A stretch of 64,000 nucleotides of DNA from Rubrivivax sp. (GTDB taxonomy: Bacteria; Pseudomonadota; Gammaproteobacteria; Burkholderiales; Burkholderiaceae_C). Below the pieces are notes generated by a model. It ran no database searches, was not told the DNA's origin, and was given only the letters and a program-made list of their open reading frames with translations. Of this stretch, positions 10,060 through 19,173 are shown piece after piece. Numbering within the stretch: position 1 is the first letter of the stretch; every line of letters begins with the position of its first letter. Both the position numbers and the translations under genes were made by a program. The stretch lies in the NCBI GenBank assembly GCA_030680415.1, contig JAUXVE010000066.1, positions 30,899 to 94,898 on the forward strand, given 5' to 3'.

Positions 10060-12440
10060 GCGGCACCAACACCACCACGCCGGTGCGCGGTGCGGTCGGC
10101 CGGCGCACGCCACTGATCGACGGCATCGAGAAGGTCACCGGCCGCGCGCGCTACACCGCCGACCTGCCGCTGGGCCCGGCGCTGATCGGGCGCATCCTGC
10201 GCAGCCCCGTCGCGCACGGCATCATCCGCGGCATCGACACCACGAAGGCGCGCGCCATCCCGGGGGTGCGGGCCGTCGTCACCGGCGAGGATTTCGCCGC
10301 TCCCTACGGCGTGATCCCGATCGCGCAGAACGAATGGCCGCTGGCGCGCGACAAGGTGCGCTACCGCGGCGAGCCGGTGGCCGCGGTGGCGGCTGTCGAC
10401 GAAGCCACCGCCGAAGCGGCGCTGCGGGCGATCGTGCTCGACATCGAGCCCTTGCCGGCGTACTTCGCCGCCGCCGATGCGCGCGCCGAAGGCGCGGTGC
10501 TGCTGCACGACAACAAGGCCGGCAACATCGAACGCCGCGTCGATCAGGCCTTCGGCGATGTCGACGCCGGCTTTGCAGCGGCCGACCTGGTGCTCGAGCG
10601 CAGCACGAGCTATGCCGAGGTCGCGCACGGTCAGATCGAGCTCAACGCCGCCGTGGCCTGCTACGAGCCCGAGGCCGATCGCCTGACCACGCATTCGGTG
10701 ACGCAGGTGCCCTACTACCTGCACCTGACGCTGGCGCAAGTGCTGGGCATGGACGCCTCGCGCATCCGCGTCGTCAAGCCCTTCGTCGGCGGCGGCTTCG
10801 GCCACCGCGTCGAGCCCTTGAACTTCGAGATGGTCACCGCCGCGCTGGCGCGGGCGGCCGGCGGCACGGTGAGGACGCAGCTCACGCGCGAGGAAGGTTT
10901 CCTCACGCACCGCGGCCGGCCGGCGACCGACATCCGGCTCAGGATCGGCATCAAGCGCTCGGGCGAGATCACCGCCGTCGATTGCGAGATCGTGCAGCGC
11001 GGCGGCGCCTACGGCGGCTACGGGCTGGTGACCATCCTCTACGCCGGCGCGCTGCTGCACGCGCTGTACCGCGTCGGCGCGGTGCGTTACCAGGGCTTTC
11101 GCGTCTACACCAACCTGCCGCCCTGCGGCGCCATGCGCGGCCATGGTGCCGTCGACGCGCGCCACGCCTTCGAGTCGCTGCTCGACGAGATGGCGGGCCA
11201 GCTCGGGCTGGACCCGTTCGCGGTGCGGCGCGCCAACCTGATCGACACGCCCTACCGCACGCTCAACGACCTGCAAGTCAACTCCTACGGCATCCCCGCC
11301 TGCCTGGACTGGGCCGAGCAGGCTTCGGGCTGGGCCACGCGGCGCGGCAGGCCCCCGCGCAGCGACGGTCTCAAGCGCGGCCTGGGCCTGGCCTGCTCTC
11401 ACTACGTCTCGGGGTCGGCCAAGCCGGTGCACTGGAGCGGCGAGCCGCACGCGGTGATCAACCTCAAGCTCGACTTCGACGCCAGTATCACCATTCTCAC
11501 CGGCGCATCCGACATCGGCCAGGGCTCGTCGACGCTGCTGACGCAGGTGGTGGCCGAGGTGCTGATGTTGCCGATGGCGCGCATCCGCGTCGTCGCCACC
11601 GACAGCGTGCTGACGCCCAAGGACAACGGCTCGTACTCGTCGCGCGTGTCGTTCATGGTCGGCAACGCGGCGCTGCGCGCGGCCGAGGCCCTGAAGCGCG
11701 TGCTCGTCGCGGCCGCGGCGCGCAAGCTGGAAGTCACGCCCGACGAGGTCGACTGGGCCGGTGAGCGCTGCGCCGTCGTCGGCACCGACAAGACGCTCGA
11801 CTTCGCGCAGGTCGTCGAGGCCGCGCTGATCGACAGCGGCACGCTCACGGTCAAGGGCGTGTGGTCGACGCCGAAGGAAACGCAGGGCGGCACCTTCCGC
11901 GGCGCCGCGGTCGGTTCGACCGCCGGTTTCTCCTACGCCGCGCAGGTGGTCGAAGTCAGCGTCGACGAGGACACCGGCGTCGTCAAGGTCGAGCAGGTCT
12001 GGGTGGCGCACGACTGCGGTTTCGCGATCAACCCGCTGGCCGTCGAAGGCCAGGTGCAGGGCGCCGTCTGGATGGGCATGGGGCAGGCCCTGTGCGAGGA
12101 GACGCAGTACCACGAGGGCCTGCCGATGCGGCCCAACTTCCTCGACTACCGCGTCCCGACCATCGCCGAGTCGCCACCGATCGAGGTCAAGCTGATCGAG
12201 AGCATGGACCCGCTCGGCCCCTTCGGCGCCAAGGAGGCGAGCGAAGGCGCGCTGCACGGTTTCCCGCCGGCCTTGACGAACGCGATCTGCGACGCCATCG
12301 GCATTCGCCTGACGGCGCTGCCGGCGACACCCGATCGTGTGCTCGACGCGATCCACACCCGCCGGCGCGAGCAGCGGCTGCAGGCACGCCGCGCGGCGGC
12401 GACGACGACGCCGCAGGCCGCCACCAGCGCAGCGAAATAG
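10056..12440 (+). CDS. hcrA: 4-hydroxybenzoyl-CoA reductase alpha (molybdenum cofactor) subunit
   Basis: Xanthine-oxidase-family Mo subunit: VGGGFG, AMRGHG, SYSSRV, GAKEASEG (Hcr-type rather than KGVGE); ATGA overlap with hcrC. Confidence 0.85.
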   Translation: MSGTNTTTPVRGAVGRRTPLIDGIEKVTGRARYTADLPLGPALIGRILRSPVAHGIIRGIDTTKARAIPGVRAVVTGEDFAAPYGVIPIAQNEWPLARDKVRYRGEPVAAVAAVDEATAEAALRAIVLDIEPLPAYFAAADARAEGAVLLHDNKAGNIERRVDQAFGDVDAGFAAADLVLERSTSYAEVAHGQIELNAAVACYEPEADRLTTHSVTQVPYYLHLTLAQVLGMDASRIRVVKPFVGGGFGHRVEPLNFEMVTAALARAAGGTVRTQLTREEGFLTHRGRPATDIRLRIGIKRSGEITAVDCEIVQRGGAYGGYGLVTILYAGALLHALYRVGAVRYQGFRVYTNLPPCGAMRGHGAVDARHAFESLLDEMAGQLGLDPFAVRRANLIDTPYRTLNDLQVNSYGIPACLDWAEQASGWATRRGRPPRSDGLKRGLGLACSHYVSGSAKPVHWSGEPHAVINLKLDFDASITILTGASDIGQGSSTLLTQVVAEVLMLPMARIRVVATDSVLTPKDNGSYSSRVSFMVGNAALRAAEALKRVLVAAAARKLEVTPDEVDWAGERCAVVGTDKTLDFAQVVEAALIDSGTLTVKGVWSTPKETQGGTFRGAAVGSTAGFSYAAQVVEVSVDEDTGVVKVEQVWVAHDCGFAINPLAVEGQVQGAVWMGMGQALCEETQYHEGLPMRPNFLDYRVPTIAESPPIEVKLIESMDPLGPFGAKEASEGALHGFPPALTNAICDAIGIRLTALPATPDRVLDAIHTRRREQRLQARRAAATTTPQAATSAAK

Positions 12441-12442
12441 CC

Positions 12443-13432
12443 ATGGAACGTTTGCCCGACTTCCGCCTGTTGCGCCCGACGACCTACGGCGAGGCGGCGG
12501 CGCTGCTGGCTGCCGAGCCCGGCGCACGGCTGCTGGCCGGCGGCACCGACCTCGTGCCCAACCTGCGGCGGGGGCTCGAGAGCCCGCCGGTGCTGGTCGA
12601 TCTGGGCGCTGTGCAGGGCCGCGCCGACCTCGAGTTCGAGGCCGAGGGGCTGGTGCTCGGCGCCGGCGTCACGCTGGCCCGGCTGGCGGCGGACGAACGC
12701 ATCGCCAGCGAATACGCCGCCATCGGCCAGGCCGCCCAGGCCGCGGCGGGCCCGGGCCACCGCAGCGTGGCCACGCTGGGCGGCAACCTGTGCCTGGACA
12801 CGCGCTGCGTGTTCTACAACCAGAGTGCCTGGTGGCGCCAGGCCAACGACCACTGCCTCAAGCGCGGCGGCGACACCTGCCATGTCGCACCGCAGGGCCG
12901 GCGCTGCCATGCCGCGTTCAGCGGCGATCTGGCGCCGGCGCTGATCGCCCTGGCCGCCGAGGTCGAAGTGCTGTCGTGCCGCGGCACGCGCCGCGTCGCG
13001 CTGGCCGACTGCTACCGCGACGACGGCGCCGCGCCGTTGACCATCGAACGCGACGAGGTCCTGACCCGGGTGCACCTGCCGGCGCCTGCAGCCGGGCTGG
13101 CCAGTGGCTATCGCAAGGCGCGCGTGCGCGGGGCGATGGATTTCCCCCTCGCCGGCGTGGCCTGCGCGCTGCGCATGGACGGTGGCGCCATCGCCGAGCT
13201 GCGCATCGCGCTGACCGGAACCAACTCGCACCCGCTGCTGCTGCAAGGCACCGCGGCGCTGCTCGGCAAACCGCTGGACGAGGCCGCACTGGCGGCGCTG
13301 GGCAAGCTGGTGCACAAGCAGGTGAGCCCCATGCGCACGACGGTGACGCCCTCCAATTACCGGCGCCTGGTAGCCGCCGTGCACGTGCAACGCCTGCTGC
13401 GCGACCTGGCCGCCATACCGGCGTCGAACTGA
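12443..13432 (+). CDS. hcrB: 4-hydroxybenzoyl-CoA reductase beta subunit (FAD + [4Fe-4S])
   Basis: AGGTDL and ATLGGNLC FAD motifs plus the HcrB-specific Cys insert CVFYNQS...CLKRGGDTCHVAPQGRRCHA. Confidence 0.88.
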   Translation: MERLPDFRLLRPTTYGEAAALLAAEPGARLLAGGTDLVPNLRRGLESPPVLVDLGAVQGRADLEFEAEGLVLGAGVTLARLAADERIASEYAAIGQAAQAAAGPGHRSVATLGGNLCLDTRCVFYNQSAWWRQANDHCLKRGGDTCHVAPQGRRCHAAFSGDLAPALIALAAEVEVLSCRGTRRVALADCYRDDGAAPLTIERDEVLTRVHLPAPAAGLASGYRKARVRGAMDFPLAGVACALRMDGGAIAELRIALTGTNSHPLLLQGTAALLGKPLDEAALAALGKLVHKQVSPMRTTVTPSNYRRLVAAVHVQRLLRDLAAIPASN

Positions 13433-13433
13433 G

Positions 13434-15575
13434 ATGGCCATCTCCCCGGCCACACCTGCCGGCGAGGCTCTTTCCTGTGCAGGCGCCGGCGGCGTCTGGC
13501 AGTGCGACAGCTGCGGCCGGACCAGCGAGGGTTTCGCCTTTCCCTTCGGCCTGTGCCCGCACTGCAGCGGCCAGCTTCGCCGTGTCGACGCCGCGCCACA
13601 GGCCAGCGGCCGGGCGGCGGCGGTCGAAGGCGTGCGCATGGCCTTCGAGATCGAACTCGGTGGCCGCGCCTACTACCAGCGCGCCGCCGCCGAAACCGGC
13701 GACCGCGAACTGCAGCAGCTGTTCGGCCGCTTCGCCCTCATGGAGGGCGAGCACATGGAAACGCTGACGCGCCGCTACCACCTCGACGTGCCGCCGCCGT
13801 CGCCGGCGTTGCGCCGCGAGGTGGCGGCGATCTATGCCGGCGTCGAAGACCAGCCGCACGACCCGGCCAACCTGTTCCGCATCGCGATCGCGCTGGAGCA
13901 GCGGGCGGCGCAGTTCTTCGGCAGCCGCGCCGGGCTCGCCGCCGCCGGCTCGGCCGAGCAGCAGCTGTACCAGGAGCTGGCGGCCGAGGAACACGAACAC
14001 GCCAGCCTGCTGGCCAGCGAACTGGAGCGCTGGCGCAGTGGCCAGGCCGGGCGCTTCAGCACCGCCACGCCGGGGTCCGCGGCGTGGCCGGCCGCCACCG
14101 CCGGCACGCCGCAGGCGGCGGCACCAAGTGCCTCGGCGAACGCGGCCGTGCTGCTGCTCGCCGCGGCCGACACGCAGCACACCGCGCTCGTCTGCGGCAC
14201 CGCCAGCGTCAGTTACGGCGAGCTGCGCGAGCAGGTGGCACGCGCGGCGGCCTGCTGGCGCGCGCGTGGCCTGCACCCCGGCGACCGCATCGCCATCAAG
14301 CTGCCCGACGGCATCGACTGGGTCACGGCCTTCCTGGGTGCGCTGTGGGCCGGCGCGGTGGCGGTGCCGGTCAACCCGCGCGTGCCGGCACCGGAATGGC
14401 AGTACATCCTGGACGAGGCCGGTTTCAGCGTCATCCTGGCCGAGTCGAACGACGACACGCCGACGCCGTGGCGCGAACGCACGCTGCTGGTCGAGGACTT
14501 CCGCCGCGGCGTGCAGGGCGCCGCAGCCGTTGCGGCCTGTGCCGTGGCGCCGAGTGCGCCGGCCTTCTGGTGCCATTCGTCGGGCACTTCGGGCAAGCCC
14601 AAGGCGGTGGTGCACGCGCACGCCTTCGCCCGCCACATCGAACAGGTGTCGAGCGAGGCGCTGGGCATCCGCGCCGACGACCGTCTGTACGCCAGCTCCA
14701 GGCTGTTCTTCTCCTACCCGCAGACGAACAGCCTGTGGGCCGGCCTGAAGCTTGGCGCCTGCGTCATCCTCGACCCGCAGTGGCCCACCGCCGCCGGCGT
14801 GGCTGCCACGGTCGCGGCGCAGCGCCCGACGGTGTTGTTCAGCGTGCCCTCGCTGTACCGCAACCTGCTGCACGAAGGGCTGGCGCCGGCCATTGCCCGG
14901 GCCGGCGTGCGCCTGTGTGTCTCGGCCGGCGAAGCGCTGCCGCCCAGCCTGCGCGACGAGTGGCGGCGGCAGACCGGCCTGGCCATCGCCAACGGCTACG
15001 GTGCGTCGGAGACGCTGGTGCTGGTGATGATCGACCGCGGCGACGCACACGGCTTTGCGCCCTCGCCCGGCGTCGACATCCAGCCGCTGGACGAGGTGCC
15101 TGTCGGCCTGCCGTCGCGCCTGTGCATCCGCGCGCCGACGCTGGCCCTGGGCTACCTCGACCGGCCGCAGGCCCAGGCCGAGAACTTCCGCGACGGCGCC
15201 TTCTGCCCGGCCGACCTCTTCGCCCGCGACGCAAGCGGCGGCTGGCGCTTCGCCGGCCGCGAGGACTCGCTGGTGAAGATCCATGGCCGCTGGGTCAACC
15301 TGGTCGAACTCGAAGAACGCCTGGCGTCGAAGGCGCCCGGCCTGAAGGAGGCGGCCGCGGTGCTGGTGCCCGACGCCGACGGTGTCGACGCCGTGGCCTT
15401 CTTCTTCGCCGCCGCCGACGACGCTGCCGCCCGCGCCGCCTTGCAGGCCTGCGCCAGCGCCCTGCCCCCGCACCAGCGGCCGCGCTGGTGGCATGCGGTG
15501 GAAACCCTGCCGCGCGGCCCCACCGGCAAGTTGCTGCGGCGCAAGTTGCGCGAACTGCACGACCTCATGGGCTGA
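13434..15575 (+). CDS. Fusion: Zn-ribbon + ferritin/rubrerythrin-like domain + aryl-CoA ligase (AMP-binding)
   Basis: CDSC...CPHC; EIELGGRAYY...EGEH and ALEQRAAQFF...EEHEH di-iron helices; then SSGTSGKPKAVVH, YGASET, GREDSLVK, PRGPTGK. Confidence 0.8.
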   Translation: MAISPATPAGEALSCAGAGGVWQCDSCGRTSEGFAFPFGLCPHCSGQLRRVDAAPQASGRAAAVEGVRMAFEIELGGRAYYQRAAAETGDRELQQLFGRFALMEGEHMETLTRRYHLDVPPPSPALRREVAAIYAGVEDQPHDPANLFRIAIALEQRAAQFFGSRAGLAAAGSAEQQLYQELAAEEHEHASLLASELERWRSGQAGRFSTATPGSAAWPAATAGTPQAAAPSASANAAVLLLAAADTQHTALVCGTASVSYGELREQVARAAACWRARGLHPGDRIAIKLPDGIDWVTAFLGALWAGAVAVPVNPRVPAPEWQYILDEAGFSVILAESNDDTPTPWRERTLLVEDFRRGVQGAAAVAACAVAPSAPAFWCHSSGTSGKPKAVVHAHAFARHIEQVSSEALGIRADDRLYASSRLFFSYPQTNSLWAGLKLGACVILDPQWPTAAGVAATVAAQRPTVLFSVPSLYRNLLHEGLAPAIARAGVRLCVSAGEALPPSLRDEWRRQTGLAIANGYGASETLVLVMIDRGDAHGFAPSPGVDIQPLDEVPVGLPSRLCIRAPTLALGYLDRPQAQAENFRDGAFCPADLFARDASGGWRFAGREDSLVKIHGRWVNLVELEERLASKAPGLKEAAAVLVPDADGVDAVAFFFAAADDAAARAALQACASALPPHQRPRWWHAVETLPRGPTGKLLRRKLRELHDLMG

Positions 15576-15579
15576 CGAG

Positions 15580-16350
15580 ATGGCCTCCTTCGTCGGCGTC
15601 GAGAGAATCGGCCGCGTGCTCGTGGCCACGCTGTCGCGGCCGCCGGTGAATGCCATCGACGACGCGCTGGTGGCCGAACTCGACGCCGTGCTCGAGCGCG
15701 CCATCGCGGACGCCGATATCGCCGTGCTGCACCTGCGCAGCGACCAGCGCGCATTCAGCGCGGGCGCCGACCTGGCCCTCATCGAGTCCTGCTTCGCCAC
15801 GCCGCAGGGGCCCGATGCGATGACCGAGGTCGTGCGCAAGATGCAGGGCCTGTACCGGCGGCTCGAAGCGGCGCCGCTGGTGACGCTGGCCGAGATTGCG
15901 ACCACCGCGCTGGGCGGCGGGCTCGAACTGGCGCTGGCCTGCGACCTGCGCGTGGCCGCCCTGGAAGCCAGGCTGGGTCTGCCGGAAGCGCGGCTCGGGC
16001 TGGTGCCCGGCGCCGGCGGCACGCAGCGCCTGACGCGGCTGTGCGGTCCGGGTGTGGCCAAGCGCCTGATCCTCGGCGCCGAAGTGATCGACGGTGCCAC
16101 GGCCGAGCGGCTGGGTGTCGTGCAGTGGGCCCGGCCCGGGCCCGAGTTGGCTGACTTCGCATGCCGGTTGGCGGCGCAGTTGGCCGAGATGCCCAAGGCG
16201 GCGCTGGCCGCCAACAAGCGTTGCATCGCCGCCGCCACCGACGCCGCCAGCGACGGCTACGCGGCCGAGATCAGCGAAACGCGCCGCCTTTACGATCACC
16301 CCGAAACGCGAGGCAAGGTCGCAGAATTCCTGGCCCGGCGCGCGCATTGA
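15580..16350 (+). CDS. Enoyl-CoA hydratase/isomerase family protein
   Basis: PPVNAID, AFSAGADL, ALGGGLELALACD, PEARLGLVPGAGGTQRL. Confidence 0.88.
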   Translation: MASFVGVERIGRVLVATLSRPPVNAIDDALVAELDAVLERAIADADIAVLHLRSDQRAFSAGADLALIESCFATPQGPDAMTEVVRKMQGLYRRLEAAPLVTLAEIATTALGGGLELALACDLRVAALEARLGLPEARLGLVPGAGGTQRLTRLCGPGVAKRLILGAEVIDGATAERLGVVQWARPGPELADFACRLAAQLAEMPKAALAANKRCIAAATDAASDGYAAEISETRRLYDHPETRGKVAEFLARRAH

Positions 16351-16369
16351 CCCCCAGAAAGGACACGCC

Positions 16370-17116
16370 ATGGAGTTCAAGGACAAGACCGCGGTCGTCA
16401 CCGGTGCCGGCTCCGGCATCGGCCGCGCGACGGCACAGGCACTGGCCCGCGAGGGCGCGCAGGTGATCGTCGCCGACATCGACCCCGCCGGCGGCGAGGC
16501 CACCGCCAACGCCATTCGCGAGCAGGGCCAGCGGGCCACCTTCATGCCCGTCGACATGACCGACCCGGCGTCGATCAGGGCTTTCGCAGCGGCGGCGCAG
16601 GCGCAGTTCGGTGCCGTCGATGTGCTCGTCAACGCCGCCGGCTGGGGCCGCACCGCACCTTTCGTCGACGGCACGCCGGAGTTCTGGAACAAGCTCGTCG
16701 CGCTCAATTTCGTCGGCCCGATGCAGCTGACCCAGGCCCTGCTGCCGGCGATGATCGAGCGCGCCAGCGGGCGCATCGTCAACATCGCCAGCGACGCCGG
16801 GCGCGTGGGCAGCCTGGGCGAGACCGTCTACGCCGGCGCCAAGGGCGGCCTGATCGCGTTCACCAAGTCGCTGGCACGCGAGACGGCGCGCTACCAGATC
16901 AACGTCAACTGCGTCTGCCCCGGCCCCACCGACACGCCGCTGATGGCGGCGGTGCCCGACAAGGTCAAGGAAGCGCTGATCAAGGCAATCCCGTTTCGCC
17001 GCCTGGGCAAACCGGAGGAGGTGGCCGAGGCGGTGCTGTTCTTCGCCAGCGGCCGCGCCGCCTACATCACCGGCCAGGTGCTCAGCGTCAGCGGCGGACT
17101 GACGATGGCCGGCTGA
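16370..17116 (+). CDS. SDR dehydrogenase, BadH-like (hydroxyacyl-CoA dehydrogenase)
   Basis: TGAGSGIG, NAAGWG, SDAGRVGS, YAGAK, CPGPTDTPL; AGAAAGGA RBS. Confidence 0.85.
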   Translation: MEFKDKTAVVTGAGSGIGRATAQALAREGAQVIVADIDPAGGEATANAIREQGQRATFMPVDMTDPASIRAFAAAAQAQFGAVDVLVNAAGWGRTAPFVDGTPEFWNKLVALNFVGPMQLTQALLPAMIERASGRIVNIASDAGRVGSLGETVYAGAKGGLIAFTKSLARETARYQINVNCVCPGPTDTPLMAAVPDKVKEALIKAIPFRRLGKPEEVAEAVLFFASGRAAYITGQVLSVSGGLTMAG

Positions 17117-17141
17117 GACGACAGACTCCGGAGCCCGCACC

Positions 17142-17639
17142 ATGGACTACACCCTGCCCGAATTCCTGGCCCATGCGATCGCGCTCGAGCACGAGGCCGC
17201 CGAACGCTACCTCGAGCTGGCCGACATGATGGAGGCGCACCGCAACGACGAGGTGTCGGCGCTGTTTCGCGACATGGTGCGCTTTTCGCGCCTGCACCAC
17301 GACTCGATCGTCGAGCGCGCCCGCGGCGTTGCGCTGCCCGTGCTGCGCTCGTGGCAGTACCGCTGGACCCACCCGCCCGAAGCCGGCGGCGAGGAGGCCT
17401 TCGACTACACGCTCGATGCCTACAGCGCGCTGTGCTATGCGCGCGAGAACGAGGCGCGGGCGTTGGACTACTACAGCACGGTCGGCCAGCAGTCCTCCGA
17501 TCCCGAGGTACACCGGCTGGCGGCCGAATTCGCGGCCGAGGAAACCGAGCACGTGCAGGCACTGGACGACTGGCTAGCCCGCACGCCGCGGCCGTCGACG
17601 CCGTGGCGCGACGACCCGCAGCAGCCGCCGTCGGACTGA
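17142..17639 (+). CDS. Stand-alone ferritin-like/rubrerythrin-family protein
   Basis: AIALEHEAAERY...SRLHH and ARENEARALDYY...AAEETEHV helix pairs. Confidence 0.8.
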   Translation: MDYTLPEFLAHAIALEHEAAERYLELADMMEAHRNDEVSALFRDMVRFSRLHHDSIVERARGVALPVLRSWQYRWTHPPEAGGEEAFDYTLDAYSALCYARENEARALDYYSTVGQQSSDPEVHRLAAEFAAEETEHVQALDDWLARTPRPSTPWRDDPQQPPSD

Positions 17640-17657
17640 GCTGCGATGCGGCCCGCG

Positions 17658-18077
17658 CTACTCACACAGGCGGCGGATGTCCTCGGGCACCGGGATGGCA
17701 TGGATGCGCCGCCGGTCCTGGGCATCACGCACGCAGAAGACACGCGTCTCGGTGCTCTCGCAGATCAGCTCGTCGCCGCGCGTGACGGTGTGCTTCTGGA
17801 TGAAGACCTTGGCGCGCCACTCCTCGACGCAGGTGCTGATCGTGATGCGCTCGCCGTAGGTGGCGCTCTTGACGAAACGCGCGTGGTGCTCCAGCAGCGG
17901 CGTACCGATGATGCCGTTGGTGTGTTCGAGAACATGCCACGGCGGCACGCCGCAGGTCATAAAGAAATGCAGCGACGACGCATCCATCCAGCGGTGGTAG
18001 CGCGGAAAGAACACGATGCCCGCCGGGTCGCAGTCGCCGAAGCGGATCTCGACGTTCATCGTTGTCGTCTTGCTCAT
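17658..18077 (-). CDS. Hotdog-fold acyl-CoA thioesterase (4-hydroxybenzoyl-CoA thioesterase family)
   Basis: [17 protein letters not shown] motif. Confidence 0.88.
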   Translation of the reverse strand: MSKTTTMNVEIRFGDCDPAGIVFFPRYHRWMDASSLHFFMTCGVPPWHVLEHTNGIIGTPLLEHHARFVKSATYGERITISTCVEEWRAKVFIQKHTVTRGDELICESTETRVFCVRDAQDRRRIHAIPVPEDIRRLCE

Positions 18078-18190
18078 GGCCGGCCTTTGAAGATGCGAGC
18101 GGAATTTTACGGTGCCGCGCCGTCGCCGCTGGCCGCCGCACACACGCCGCGACCCTGCAACCCATTCAACCACCCCCAAGGAACACCTCG

Positions 18191-19009
18191 ATGAAACGAG
18201 TCCAACTCGCCGGCTACCAGGCCACCCATTTCGGCTACTCGGCGGCAGGCAAGGTCGCCACCATCCGGCTCAACCGCCCCGATCGCAAGAACCCGCTGAC
18301 TTTCGACTCCTACGGCGAGTTGCGCGACCTGTTCCGCGAGATGGTCTACGCCACCGACATCAAGGCCATCGTGTTCACCGGTGAAGGCGGCAACTTCTGC
18401 TCCGGCGGCGACGTGCACGAGATCATCGGCCCGCTGGTCAGGATGGACATGCCCGAGCTGCTCGAGTTCACGCGCATGACCGGCGACATGGTCAAGGCCA
18501 TGCGTGCCTGCCCGCAACCGATCATCGCCGCCATCGACGGCGTGTGCACCGGGGCCGGCGCGATGATCGCCTGCGGCTCGGACATGCGGCTGGCCACCGC
18601 GCGCAGCAAGCTGGCCTTCCTGTTCGTGCGCGTCGGCCTGGCCGGTGCCGACATGGGAGCGTGCACGCTGCTGCCGCGGCTGATCGGGCTGTCGCGCGCG
18701 GCCGACCTGCTCTTCACCGGCCGCGTCGTCGGCGGTGAGGAAGCCGAACGCTTCGGCTTCTACAACCGCCTGGTCGATCCCGACCAGCTCCTGGCCGAGG
18801 CCACGGCGCTGGCGCAGAGCCTGGCCGACGGCCCGACCTTCGGCCATGCGATGACCAAGACGATGCTGTGGCAGGAATGGAGTTCTGGCCTGGGCGAATG
18901 CATCGAGGCCGAGGCGCAGGCGCAGGCCATCTGCATGCAGACGAATGACTTCGAGCGTGCCTACCACGCCTTCGCCGCCAAGCACAAGCCGGTCTTCGAG
19001 GGCAATTGA
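18191..19009 (+). CDS. Enoyl-CoA hydratase family protein (abm-cluster type)
   Basis: [38 protein letters not shown]. Confidence 0.85.
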   Translation: MKRVQLAGYQATHFGYSAAGKVATIRLNRPDRKNPLTFDSYGELRDLFREMVYATDIKAIVFTGEGGNFCSGGDVHEIIGPLVRMDMPELLEFTRMTGDMVKAMRACPQPIIAAIDGVCTGAGAMIACGSDMRLATARSKLAFLFVRVGLAGADMGACTLLPRLIGLSRAADLLFTGRVVGGEEAERFGFYNRLVDPDQLLAEATALAQSLADGPTFGHAMTKTMLWQEWSSGLGECIEAEAQAQAICMQTNDFERAYHAFAAKHKPVFEGN

Positions 19010-19173
19010 TGAGCGCCGCACGGCCGTTCCGAAGGCGCTCTGCCTTGCAGGCCGCGACGTCGCGGGACGCGACGTCTCCTCGGTCCGTCCCTGCCCGCGC
19101 AGGCGGGCACGGAGCCGCGGACCTCGGCCCCCTTGGGGGGCAGCGAGTGCAGCGAGCCTGGGGGCGGCCATGA
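19009..19173 (+). repeat. REP-like intergenic element E1 with nested hairpins; encodes a 54-aa mini-ORF bridging both flanking genes
   Basis: Shares CGCACGGCCGT(T)CCGAAG, CCCCC-NN-GGGGGGCAG and GGGGGC with 30233-30313; ATG overlaps the upstream TGA and its TGA overlaps the downstream ATG. Confidence 0.7.
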
